Part shown: in pieces, positions 6,592 through 13,459 of the stretch | Numbering within the stretch: position 1 is the first letter of the stretch | Layout of the letters: every line of letters begins with the position of its first letter | From: a virus | Taxonomy: Duplodnaviria; Heunggongvirae; Uroviricota; Caudoviricetes | DNA: 13,459 nucleotides | Strand: one strand, 5' to 3' | Virus record (IMG/VR): IMGVR_UViG_3300043399_000596 | The notes under the pieces: model-generated | The model's database searches: none | Told to the model about the DNA's origin: nothing | What the model saw: only the letters and a program-made list of their open reading frames with translations | Made by a program: the position numbers and the translations under genes

Positions 6592-6675
6592 GACCGGTAT
6601 TAAGTTACCGTAGTGTGAGCCGGCTGCTGGCTTTAGGAGTAACGATTCGCTACCGTGAAACTATAAAGTGAGCTT
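6580..6675 (+). ncRNA. Candidate structured non-coding RNA (unclassified)
   Basis: GC-richer intergenic island with nested helices: CACAC 6582-6586/GTGTG 6613-6617, CGGTA 6595-6599/TACCG 6606-6610, AGCC 6618-6621/GGCT 6629-6632 or GCTTTA 6630-6635/TAAAGT 6664-6669, and GTAACG/CGCTAC 6639-6653. No covariation data available. Confidence 0.5.
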
Positions 6676-6687
6676 TTGCCATTTCTG

Positions 6688-6694
6688 ATAAATA
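6688..6694 (+). promoter_or_regulatory. Putative late promoter core ATAAATA
   Basis: Ends 5 nt before ATG 6700. Confidence 0.6.
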
Positions 6695-6699
6695 TTAAT

Positions 6700-7497
6700 A
6701 TGAGAGCATCAGAATTAGAAGAATCCGCGGTTGATGAGTTAAAGCGTAAACTCCCTAGTCTTAATAAAACAGACTATGACACCATTGACCATCTAATGCG
6801 CCGAATAAGTAAGCGACACCATATTACCGGTAAAAAGTTACATGACATGTTTGTCGCAAAATACAAGCATACTCCGGATCATTGGATTAAGAAATATAAA
6901 GAAAAACTCAAAGAAACTGACAAAGTAGAGGAAGGTAATCCTAATTTAATGGTAAATCCTAATCCAGCTAAGGTGTATATAGTATACGGAAATGGTAAAC
7001 CAGTTGTCAAGTTTTCTAATCCAAAAGACGCAGATTCAGCAGCACGAAGTCTTAGAAGTAAATTTAGGGATATCACTTACACTATAGTTACAAAAGATGA
7101 ACACGGTAGGGTGTTTGAAGATTCCTTAAAGCCTGAAGACGAAAATGATAGAATAAAACACTTTATTAACTGGGCTTACAAAATTGTAAACCTACAGAAA
7201 CCATATCCTAAATTTACATTTAGTGCAGATACTGAAGAAGCACAGCAAGGGAGCCATACTGGAAGACACTCTCACGACGGTACAAGAGGTGAGATATGGG
7301 TATATACTGCTAATCGTAATCTAATTGACATTCTACGTACGGTGTTTCATGAAATTGTACATGAAAAACAAATGCAGCTAGACATGATAAAACCGGGTGA
7401 TAGTTATCCCGGAAGCCCGATCGAAGTTATGGCAGACATGCTAGCTGGAAAGTATATAAAAATATACGGCAAAAAGCATCCTGAGATATTCCAATGA
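6700..7497 (+). CDS. Multi-module protein with C-terminal HExxH zinc-metallopeptidase-like domain; MRASELEE tag
   Basis: Start moved from TTG 6676 to ATG 6700 (late box plus MRAxE tag). The C-terminus carries NRNLIDILRTVFHEIVHEKQ and a downstream SPIEVMAD, a possible third Glu ligand. Confidence 0.7.
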   Translation: MRASELEESAVDELKRKLPSLNKTDYDTIDHLMRRISKRHHITGKKLHDMFVAKYKHTPDHWIKKYKEKLKETDKVEEGNPNLMVNPNPAKVYIVYGNGKPVVKFSNPKDADSAARSLRSKFRDITYTIVTKDEHGRVFEDSLKPEDENDRIKHFINWAYKIVNLQKPYPKFTFSADTEEAQQGSHTGRHSHDGTRGEIWVYTANRNLIDILRTVFHEIVHEKQMQLDMIKPGDSYPGSPIEVMADMLAGKYIKIYGKKHPEIFQ

Positions 7498-8156
7498 GAT
7501 TTTCTGAATTTGCTACTGAGGATTTAAGCCGTCGAGGCTTTTTACGAGGTGCAGCTGCCGCAGCAGGTGCAGCTGCCGCAGGATACCAACTAACAAAAAA
7601 CACAACTCCTCCCACCGAAAATCCCCCACCAGTTCAAAAACAGTTTATACCGTTAAGCAGCAACCCTAGCTTAGAAACTTTTTTGTTTAATCAAGCTAAG
7701 GCTGCAGGTTTAAAAGGTCTTGAGTTAGCGCAGTTCATGGCGCAAACAATGCACGAGACCTGGAACTTTACTAAACTAAAAGAAAAGCCAATGGGACCTA
7801 AGTATTTTGCTAAAAAATATGATCCCAAATACGCACCCAAGACAGCTAAAATTATAGGAAATACTAGAATAGGTGATGGCGAGAAGTTTCACGGTAGAGG
7901 ATTTATTCAATTAACTGGTAGAGAAAATTATGCACGTGCTAGTAAGTCATTAGGAATTGATTTACTCAATAATCCTGAACTAGCAGCAGATCCAAAAGTA
8001 GCATCACAAATTGCTACATGGTATTGGAACACAAGAGTTAAACCCAATGTTAGTGATTTTGCTGATACTCGCCAAGTTACTCGACAAATTAATCCTGCGC
8101 TTCATGGTTTAGAGCGTAGACATAATAAATTTTTAAAGTACGAAAAAGTTGTATGA
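7494..8156 (+). CDS. Glycoside hydrolase family 19 (chitinase-like lysozyme) with MRFSEFATE tag and a twin-arginine-like segment
   Basis: GH19 motifs AQFMAQTMHET, GDGEKFHGRGFIQLTGRENY, LLNNPELAA, ATWYW and TRQIN. Confidence 0.9.
   Translation: MRFSEFATEDLSRRGFLRGAAAAAGAAAAGYQLTKNTTPPTENPPPVQKQFIPLSSNPSLETFLFNQAKAAGLKGLELAQFMAQTMHETWNFTKLKEKPMGPKYFAKKYDPKYAPKTAKIIGNTRIGDGEKFHGRGFIQLTGRENYARASKSLGIDLLNNPELAADPKVASQIATWYWNTRVKPNVSDFADTRQVTRQINPALHGLERRHNKFLKYEKVV
7547..7581 (+). repeat. Tandem duplication AGGTGCAGCTGCCGCAG x2 (period 18) encoding the Gly/Ala run
   Basis: 7547-7563 is identical to 7565-7581. Confidence 0.85.
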
Positions 8157-9436
8157 GAGCGAAAGAATTTCTATTAGAATATAGTCGCCAAAAGACCGTT
8201 CAAATGATGGGTCCACAAATTGTCAATGCTTTCATGACAGGTGGTGATAAGCGTACATACGAGTTGCATAGTGACACATATAAAGACCAAAACGGAAATC
8301 CTAATACTGATAAAATTCTTAATGATGTACTAACAAATTTAGAAAATTCAGATCCGACGCCTAACAAAATTTATACACCTTGGATTGCACGTGAGTATGC
8401 TAAAGGTAATATTAAACGTATTGAAGATGCTATTGTTTGGTTGCCTACATACTTAGCTAGATACGATAAAGCAAAACGTAGACAAGATTTTAGACAAGAC
8501 GCTAAAGATATTATGCGTTTGAACTTTACACAGTTCTTTAACATTATCTCTAATTATGAGCCGCCGCCGGAACCAATCAAAGATAGAGGTCAAGCAAAAC
8601 AAGTTTTCAAAGACGAGAATGTAAGAGTAATTGTTCCTGAAGATCAACAAGCTGCTTGTTATTATGGTCAGGGTACAACTTGGTGTACGGCAGCAACACA
8701 AAGTAGTAACTACTATGAACGTTATGCACGTCAGGGAAAGTTGTATATATTATTGCCTACAAAGCCTCGATATGATGGTGAAAAATATCAACTACATTTT
8801 GCAACTGGTCAATTCATGGATGAAACCGATGAACCCATTGATATTGCAGATTTGTTGACAGTACGCTTTCCTGAGTTACTACCTTTCTTCAAAGAACATG
8901 AGCCAGAAATTAATAATTTGGTAGTTTTCGCTGACGATAAACTTTTAGAAACTATTGGCAACAAAATACAAGAATTAGCACTAGACCATATTTCTGAATT
9001 ATTCAGTGATTGGGAAGTAAATGATGATTCATTCCGTGAATGGCAGTGGGAAGAGGCTGAACGAATGGGTATCATTGATCCTGAAACAATGGATGAAGAC
9101 GAAATTTGGGATATCATAAATAATAACGACAAGTTAAATGATTACAGTGACTATAATCCTGAAGCTAGATATTCATACAAGTTGCTGCAAAATTCTATAA
9201 ATTTATCTGCTAGAGAAATAAAAGCCTTTGCTGAAAGAATGGCAAATCAAGATGACGGTAACGGTGAGGCTATAACCATTTCTGGAATGGATAGTTTATA
9301 CAGTTTTGCTGTACATGATTATTTTGGTATGGATAGTGGCCGCAGAAGTCGAGGAAATGATGACTTTGGGTTAAGTGAGTGGATATACAAACATATCTCT
9401 GTCGGTACAGACGGAACGGTAAAGTATCACCAATAA
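8153..9436 (+). CDS. Hypothetical protein with PcfJ-like 'AACYYGxGTxWC' domain, acidic C-terminus and MRAKEFLLE tag
   Basis: 427 aa with ATGA overlap. Motif VIVPEDQQAACYYGQGTTWCTAA..YYERY..GKLYI..KYQLHF. The PcfJ-like assignment is from recollection only. Confidence 0.6.
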   Translation: MRAKEFLLEYSRQKTVQMMGPQIVNAFMTGGDKRTYELHSDTYKDQNGNPNTDKILNDVLTNLENSDPTPNKIYTPWIAREYAKGNIKRIEDAIVWLPTYLARYDKAKRRQDFRQDAKDIMRLNFTQFFNIISNYEPPPEPIKDRGQAKQVFKDENVRVIVPEDQQAACYYGQGTTWCTAATQSSNYYERYARQGKLYILLPTKPRYDGEKYQLHFATGQFMDETDEPIDIADLLTVRFPELLPFFKEHEPEINNLVVFADDKLLETIGNKIQELALDHISELFSDWEVNDDSFREWQWEEAERMGIIDPETMDEDEIWDIINNNDKLNDYSDYNPEARYSYKLLQNSINLSAREIKAFAERMANQDDGNGEAITISGMDSLYSFAVHDYFGMDSGRRSRGNDDFGLSEWIYKHISVGTDGTVKYHQ

Positions 9437-9450
9437 ATTACGCAAAATAG

Positions 9451-9479
9451 TTGACTTACTTGCGAAGTACATATATACT
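9451..9479 (+). promoter_or_regulatory. Sigma70-type promoter TTGACT-17-TATACT
   Basis: -35 at 9451-9456, 17-nt spacer, -10 at 9474-9479, followed by SD AAGGAG (9491-9496) and ATG 9502. Confidence 0.8.
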
Positions 9480-9501
9480 AATTACTTCACAAGGAGAAAC
9501 T

Positions 9502-9765
9502 ATGTCCGACACAAAAACATTTAACGGCGATCAAAAAATCAAACTAACCCAACTTATCAACGAAGGAATGGCAGTACTTCATGAAATTGAAACACTTCAA
9601 GGTGGTTTGAGTGACACTGTTAAAGCAGTTGCAGAAGAACTTGAAGTCAAACCTAGCGTTTTAAAACGCGCCATCAAAATTGCTCATAAAGCTAAATTGA
9701 GCGAAACCAACAAAGAAAACGAAGAACTCAACACTATTTTGGAAACTGTTGGCAAGACCCTATGA
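9502..9765 (+). CDS. Small dsDNA-binding protein, T4 DsbA / GapR-like, 87 aa
   Basis: Start reassigned to ATG 9502 because of the SD AAGGAG. Helical pattern LSDTVKAVAEELEVKPSVLKRAIKIAHK resembles DsbA/GapR, and T4-like phages carry such a gene near replication genes. Confidence 0.6.
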   Translation: MSDTKTFNGDQKIKLTQLINEGMAVLHEIETLQGGLSDTVKAVAEELEVKPSVLKRAIKIAHKAKLSETNKENEELNTILETVGKTL

Positions 9766-12473
9766 GTTATGTGGACGCAGTACATAGCCGGGACGAAGAC
9801 CGTATCTATGTAGTTGAACGTGGGCCAGACGGCAAGCGTCACTATAACGAATTTGCTGCAAACTATGTGTTTTATTACCCAGATCCTAAAGGAAAACATC
9901 GTAGTTTGTTCAACGAACCTGTAACTAGATTCAGTACTCGCAAGAGACAAGAATTTGAAAAAGAGCGCAGGATTTATTCCGGTAAACAATTATACGAAAG
10001 TGACGTTAACGTCATATTCCGTTGTTTGAGCGAAAATTATTTGGGTGTCGAGCCACCTAAACTTCATACATGCTTTTTCGACATTGAAGTTGACTTTGAT
10101 CCTGAAAAGGGTTTCAGTCCAACGGATGATCCATTCAATCCAGTAACTGCTATTTCCATGTACTTGGATTGGCAAGATACTCTAGTGACATTGTGCATGG
10201 CACCGAAACACATGTCATCAGAAACTGCAAATGAAATCGTAAGTCAGTTTGAAAATTGTTTGTTGTTCACATCAGAAAAAGAAATGTTTGATGCATTCTT
10301 CCAACTGATTGAAGACGCTGACATTCTAACTGGTTGGAACTCTGAAGGATATGATATTCCATATATGGTTAATCGTGTCACTCGTGTGATGAGTAAAGAC
10401 GATACTAGAAAGTTTTGCTTATTGGGTCAACTTCCTAAACCTAGAAAGTACGAACGTTTCGGTAAAGAAGAAACTACTTACGACTTAGTAGGTCGAGTAC
10501 ATATGGACTACTTACAGTTATATAAAAAATATAACTATGAAAGCAGACATAGTTACAAACTTGACTCTATTGGAGAAATGGAAGTCGGTGAGAATAAAAC
10601 TCAATATGAAGGAACACTAGACCAACTTTATAACAAAGATTGGCCTAAGTTCTTAGAGTACAACAGGCAAGATACTATGTTGTTGGTTAAAATCCACAAC
10701 AAACTAAAATTCCTTGATCTAGCCAATGCGCTAGCACATGAGAATACAGTGTTGTTACCCACTGTTATGGGTTCTGTTGCAATGATTGAAATGGCAATCT
10801 TCAACGAAGCACATGAAAGAGGTTTGGTAGTTCCAGATAAGAAACGAAAGGACGATCATGAAGATGAACAGCAAGCGGCAGGTGCCTATGTTGCTACGCC
10901 CAAAAAAGGAATGCACGAATGGGTCGGAGCAGTCGATATCAACTCGCTCTATCCCAGTACTATTCGGGCCCTTAACATGGCACCAGAAACAATCATTGGA
11001 CAAGTCAGACAAACGTTAACTGACAAATACATGAAAGAAAGGTCACTGAAATTAGGTGCGATGAAAAAGCGAGCCAAAGAAGGTGACGAAGTTACTGGTG
11101 CCATTTTGTGGGAAGGATTGTTTGGTTCACTCGAATATACAGCAATCATGAACCAAGAGCGTGGCACTATTCTTACTGTTGACTATGAAGATGGTCGCAG
11201 TGTAGAAATGTCTGCGGCTGAAATCTGGAAAATGATTTTCGATAGTCATAAGCCCTGGATGATCAGTGCAAACGGTACTATATTCACGTATGAAAAAGAA
11301 GGTGTCATTCCTGGTCTGCTGACTCGCTGGTACTCAGATCGTAAGAGTATGCAGAAAAAACTTAAAGAAGCAACAACCGATGCTGACAAAGAGTATTGGG
11401 ATAAGCGACAACTGGTTCGCAAGATTTTGCTTAACTCTGCATACGGAGCACTGTTGAATGAGCACTGTCGTTTCTACGATAAGCGTATTGGTCAAAGTGT
11501 TACTTTGTCGGGCCGACAGATTGTTAAACATATGATGAGTTACATTAACGAAACAATCACAGGTGAATATACGCATGAAGGTCCTGCAATTGTATATGGT
11601 GATACTGACTCGTGTTATTTTACTGCGTGGCCTATTCTTAAAGATCAAGCTAATGATGGTTCCTTGGCTTGGAATAAAGAAATGTGTATTCAACTTTACG
11701 ATAGCATAGGTGAGCAAGTTAACGATAGCTTTCCCGCGTTCATGGAGTTAGCATTTCATGCTCCTAGAAAAAACGGAGCTATTATTAAAGCTGGTCGTGA
11801 ACTTATTGGTGATAGAAGTATTTTTATCACCAAGAAACGTTATGCTATTAATATCTTTGATAAAGAGGGTAAACGTAAAGATAAAGAAGGTAAAGCAGGT
11901 GATATCAAGGCAATGGGTCTTGATTTGAAACGTGCAGATACTCCCAAGCAAGTTCAAGACTTTTTAATGAGCATATTGAGTATGGTCATTCAAGGTGGTC
12001 AAGGACGAGAGGATGTTATTGAATCTGTAAAAGATTTTAAACGAAAACTAGCCGCACAAGATTCTTGGACTAAAGGATCGCCCAAAGGTGTTAACAACTT
12101 AACGTATTATGGTGATTTAGAAGCCAACAGTAAAACTGGTAAAGCTAACATGCCAGGACACGTTCGTGCAGCACTCAACTGGAATTATTTACGAAGATTA
12201 CACGGCGATAACTATTCGATGAAAATAGTTGACGGTATGAAGATTGTGGTGTGTAAACTAAAATCCAATCCATTGGGATTTACTAGTATTGCATATCCCA
12301 CAGATGAACTGAGACTACCTGAATGGTTCTGTAATTTGCCGTTCGATGATGAAGCAATGGAAAAAACTCTAGTCGATGAAAAAATCGATAACCTCTTAGG
12401 GGTGCTAGATTGGAAATTACGTGAGAACACAGACGTTAAATCTGCGTTTGATGATTTATTTACATTCGGTTAA
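9762..12473 (+). CDS. polB: Family B DNA polymerase (gp43-like) with 3'-5' exonuclease
   Basis: ExoI FFDIEV, ExoII GWNSEGYDIPY, ExoIII YNRQD; motif A DINSLYPS, B KILLNSAYG, C YGDTDS; TKKRYA; C-terminal AFDDLFTFG resembles a clamp-binding tail. Confidence 0.97.
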   Translation: MSYVDAVHSRDEDRIYVVERGPDGKRHYNEFAANYVFYYPDPKGKHRSLFNEPVTRFSTRKRQEFEKERRIYSGKQLYESDVNVIFRCLSENYLGVEPPKLHTCFFDIEVDFDPEKGFSPTDDPFNPVTAISMYLDWQDTLVTLCMAPKHMSSETANEIVSQFENCLLFTSEKEMFDAFFQLIEDADILTGWNSEGYDIPYMVNRVTRVMSKDDTRKFCLLGQLPKPRKYERFGKEETTYDLVGRVHMDYLQLYKKYNYESRHSYKLDSIGEMEVGENKTQYEGTLDQLYNKDWPKFLEYNRQDTMLLVKIHNKLKFLDLANALAHENTVLLPTVMGSVAMIEMAIFNEAHERGLVVPDKKRKDDHEDEQQAAGAYVATPKKGMHEWVGAVDINSLYPSTIRALNMAPETIIGQVRQTLTDKYMKERSLKLGAMKKRAKEGDEVTGAILWEGLFGSLEYTAIMNQERGTILTVDYEDGRSVEMSAAEIWKMIFDSHKPWMISANGTIFTYEKEGVIPGLLTRWYSDRKSMQKKLKEATTDADKEYWDKRQLVRKILLNSAYGALLNEHCRFYDKRIGQSVTLSGRQIVKHMMSYINETITGEYTHEGPAIVYGDTDSCYFTAWPILKDQANDGSLAWNKEMCIQLYDSIGEQVNDSFPAFMELAFHAPRKNGAIIKAGRELIGDRSIFITKKRYAINIFDKEGKRKDKEGKAGDIKAMGLDLKRADTPKQVQDFLMSILSMVIQGGQGREDVIESVKDFKRKLAAQDSWTKGSPKGVNNLTYYGDLEANSKTGKANMPGHVRAALNWNYLRRLHGDNYSMKIVDGMKIVVCKLKSNPLGFTSIAYPTDELRLPEWFCNLPFDDEAMEKTLVDEKIDNLLGVLDWKLRENTDVKSAFDDLFTFG

Positions 12474-12480
12474 ATTCGAG

Positions 12481-12509
12481 TTGACTTACGTATTATATAC
12501 CATCATAAT
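12481..12509 (+). promoter_or_regulatory. Sigma70-type promoter TTGACT-17-CATAAT
   Basis: -35 at 12481-12486, 17-nt spacer, -10 at 12504-12509; SD-like AAGGAA just before ATG 12548. Confidence 0.7.
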
Positions 12510-12547
12510 ACACATTATATGTTTTTAAATACTTTAAAGGAACAAAC

Positions 12548-13279
12548 ATGAAAGACATTTTGCAGGATATTATTGCACACACTAGTGCATTAGGATTTAT
12601 TGATCTTATTAGAGTCGCAGGCACTGATAAAGAAACTACACTAAACGCTTTGGCACAAGATAGAAAAGTTGTGGTTAATGGTACATTTAAAAACCCACAC
12701 CCCGAATTTATTGGTGTCGTTGGTATGCCTAATCTAGGAAAGTTGAAAACTATCTTGGGTTTTGAAGAATACGATGATAAGGCTAAAATCTATGTGACAA
12801 AACAAAATCGTGACGGAGTAGATGTGCCTACAGCAATTCACTTTGAAACTGCTGCGGGCGATTTCGTTAATGACTATCGATTCATGTCTAAGTCAGTAGT
12901 AGAAGAAATGGTTAAGTCTGTTACTTTTAAAGGTACTAACTGGGACATTGACTTTGAGCCTAGTGTAGCTAGTATTCTACGTTTGAAGAAACAGAGTTCT
13001 GCAAACAGTGAAGAAGAAACATTTAGGACAGTTGTAGAAAACGGAAACTTAGTTATTAAGTTCGGTGATCCTAGCACACACAGCGGAAGTTTTGTATTTC
13101 AATCTGGCGTGTCAGGTAATGTATCTGCTAAGTGGCACTGGCCAGTTTCACAAATCAATAGTATTCTGTCACTACCTGGTGACAAAAAAATGAGAATTGC
13201 AGATGCAGGTGCAATGGAGATTACTGTTGATAGTGGTTTGTCAGTTTATCGGTATCTCATTCCAGGACAAACAAAATGA
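12548..13279 (+). CDS. Probable DNA polymerase sliding clamp (gp45/PCNA-like)
   Basis: 243 aa with an alternating helix/beta-strand two-domain pattern, located directly after a polB that has a hydrophobic clamp-binding tail. Size matches a gp45/PCNA subunit. Remote homology not verified. Confidence 0.55.
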   Translation: MKDILQDIIAHTSALGFIDLIRVAGTDKETTLNALAQDRKVVVNGTFKNPHPEFIGVVGMPNLGKLKTILGFEEYDDKAKIYVTKQNRDGVDVPTAIHFETAAGDFVNDYRFMSKSVVEEMVKSVTFKGTNWDIDFEPSVASILRLKKQSSANSEEETFRTVVENGNLVIKFGDPSTHSGSFVFQSGVSGNVSAKWHWPVSQINSILSLPGDKKMRIADAGAMEITVDSGLSVYRYLIPGQTK

Positions 13280-13459
13280 TTGACTACGTACATGGTGGCG
13301 AGTTCTTAACTGTAACTAGCAGTAAAGGTGCTCAGCCTTATATCAATATGTCTGGTAATCAACCGATGATCGGGGCATTAACATACGACCACAATAGTCA
13401 ACAAATGAAAGTCTATGATGGTAACAGTTGGATGACTATTGGCGGCGGCAGTGCTACTG
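13276..13459 (+). CDS. Hypothetical protein, 3'-truncated (MIDYVHGGEFLTVTSSKGAQPYINMSGNQPMIGALTYDHNSQQMKVYDGNSWMTIGGGSAT...)
   Basis: ATGA overlap with the clamp stop; the frame stays open to the window end. Confidence 0.75.
   Translation, partial: MIDYVHGGEFLTVTSSKGAQPYINMSGNQPMIGALTYDHNSQQMKVYDGNSWMTIGGGSAT

Noticed and set aside
6580-6675. Assignment of the structured element as a hammerhead, twister, HDV-like ribozyme, tRNA or group I intron
   Set aside because: Core consensus elements (CUGAUGA, the twister GGU..CAAGCCC segment, T-loop GTTCRA, group I P7 motifs) are not present; left unclassified.
6665-6677. AAAG-TGAG-CTTTT as an intrinsic terminator
   Set aside because: The stem is only 4 bp and AT-rich with a short U-tract, too weak to call.
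6676-6699. TTG start at 6676 (MPFLININ extension)
   Set aside because: The extension merely translates the late-promoter box; ATG 6700 gives the shared MRAxE tag.
387-9122. TAAATA at 387 and 9117 as late promoters
   Set aside because: Both lie mid-ORF without a properly spaced start codon or downstream element, as expected by chance in AT-rich DNA.
9451-9501. TTG start at 9451 for the 104-aa ORF
   Set aside because: That TTG is the -35 box; SD AAGGAG supports ATG 9502.
9762-12473. Intein or intron in the polymerase
   Set aside because: The ORF is continuous, motifs are normally ordered, and there is no Cys/Ser...His-Asn splice signature or LAGLIDADG motif.
156-13077. All minus-strand ORFs in the track, plus + strand 8631-8858
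   Set aside because: They lie entirely within or across well-supported + strand genes, have no recognisable motifs, and show the Phe/Leu/Ser-rich composition typical of antisense shadows.
1-13459. CRISPR array, tRNA genes or stop-codon reassignment
   Set aside because: No regularly spaced repeats or cloverleafs were seen. Genes are full length under the standard code. TAG is used once as a stop (6589-6591), and read-through would add only a few codons.

Overview
All real genes in this AT-rich, densely coding window lie on the + strand. It looks like a segment of a large T4-superfamily-like tailed phage genome (inference from gene content and promoter motifs; host not determinable here). Positions 1-9436 form a late, virion-associated accessory block driven by TAAATA boxes placed 4-5 nt before start codons. 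That block holds a modular Glu-delimited polyprotein, a gp88-like protein, Dps, a kinase-like protein, a 24-aa micro-ORF coupled to a fatty acid desaturase, a GIY-YIG endonuclease, a candidate structured RNA, an HExxH protein, a GH19 muralytic enzyme and a PcfJ-like protein. From 9451 on is a sigma70-driven replication block: a DsbA/GapR-like small protein, a family B DNA polymerase, a probable sliding clamp and a truncated ORF. Most interesting: (i) five unrelated proteins share an N-terminal MR(A/F)xE(F/L)..E tag resembling the T4 capsid-targeting sequence, suggesting a cassette of injected cargo enzymes; (ii) an identical GC-rich 18-bp QGVAE-coding junction sits at module boundaries in two different genes, suggesting in-frame module shuffling; (iii) a structured RNA candidate at about 6580-6675 has its 5' stem duplicated on the other side of the endonuclease gene.
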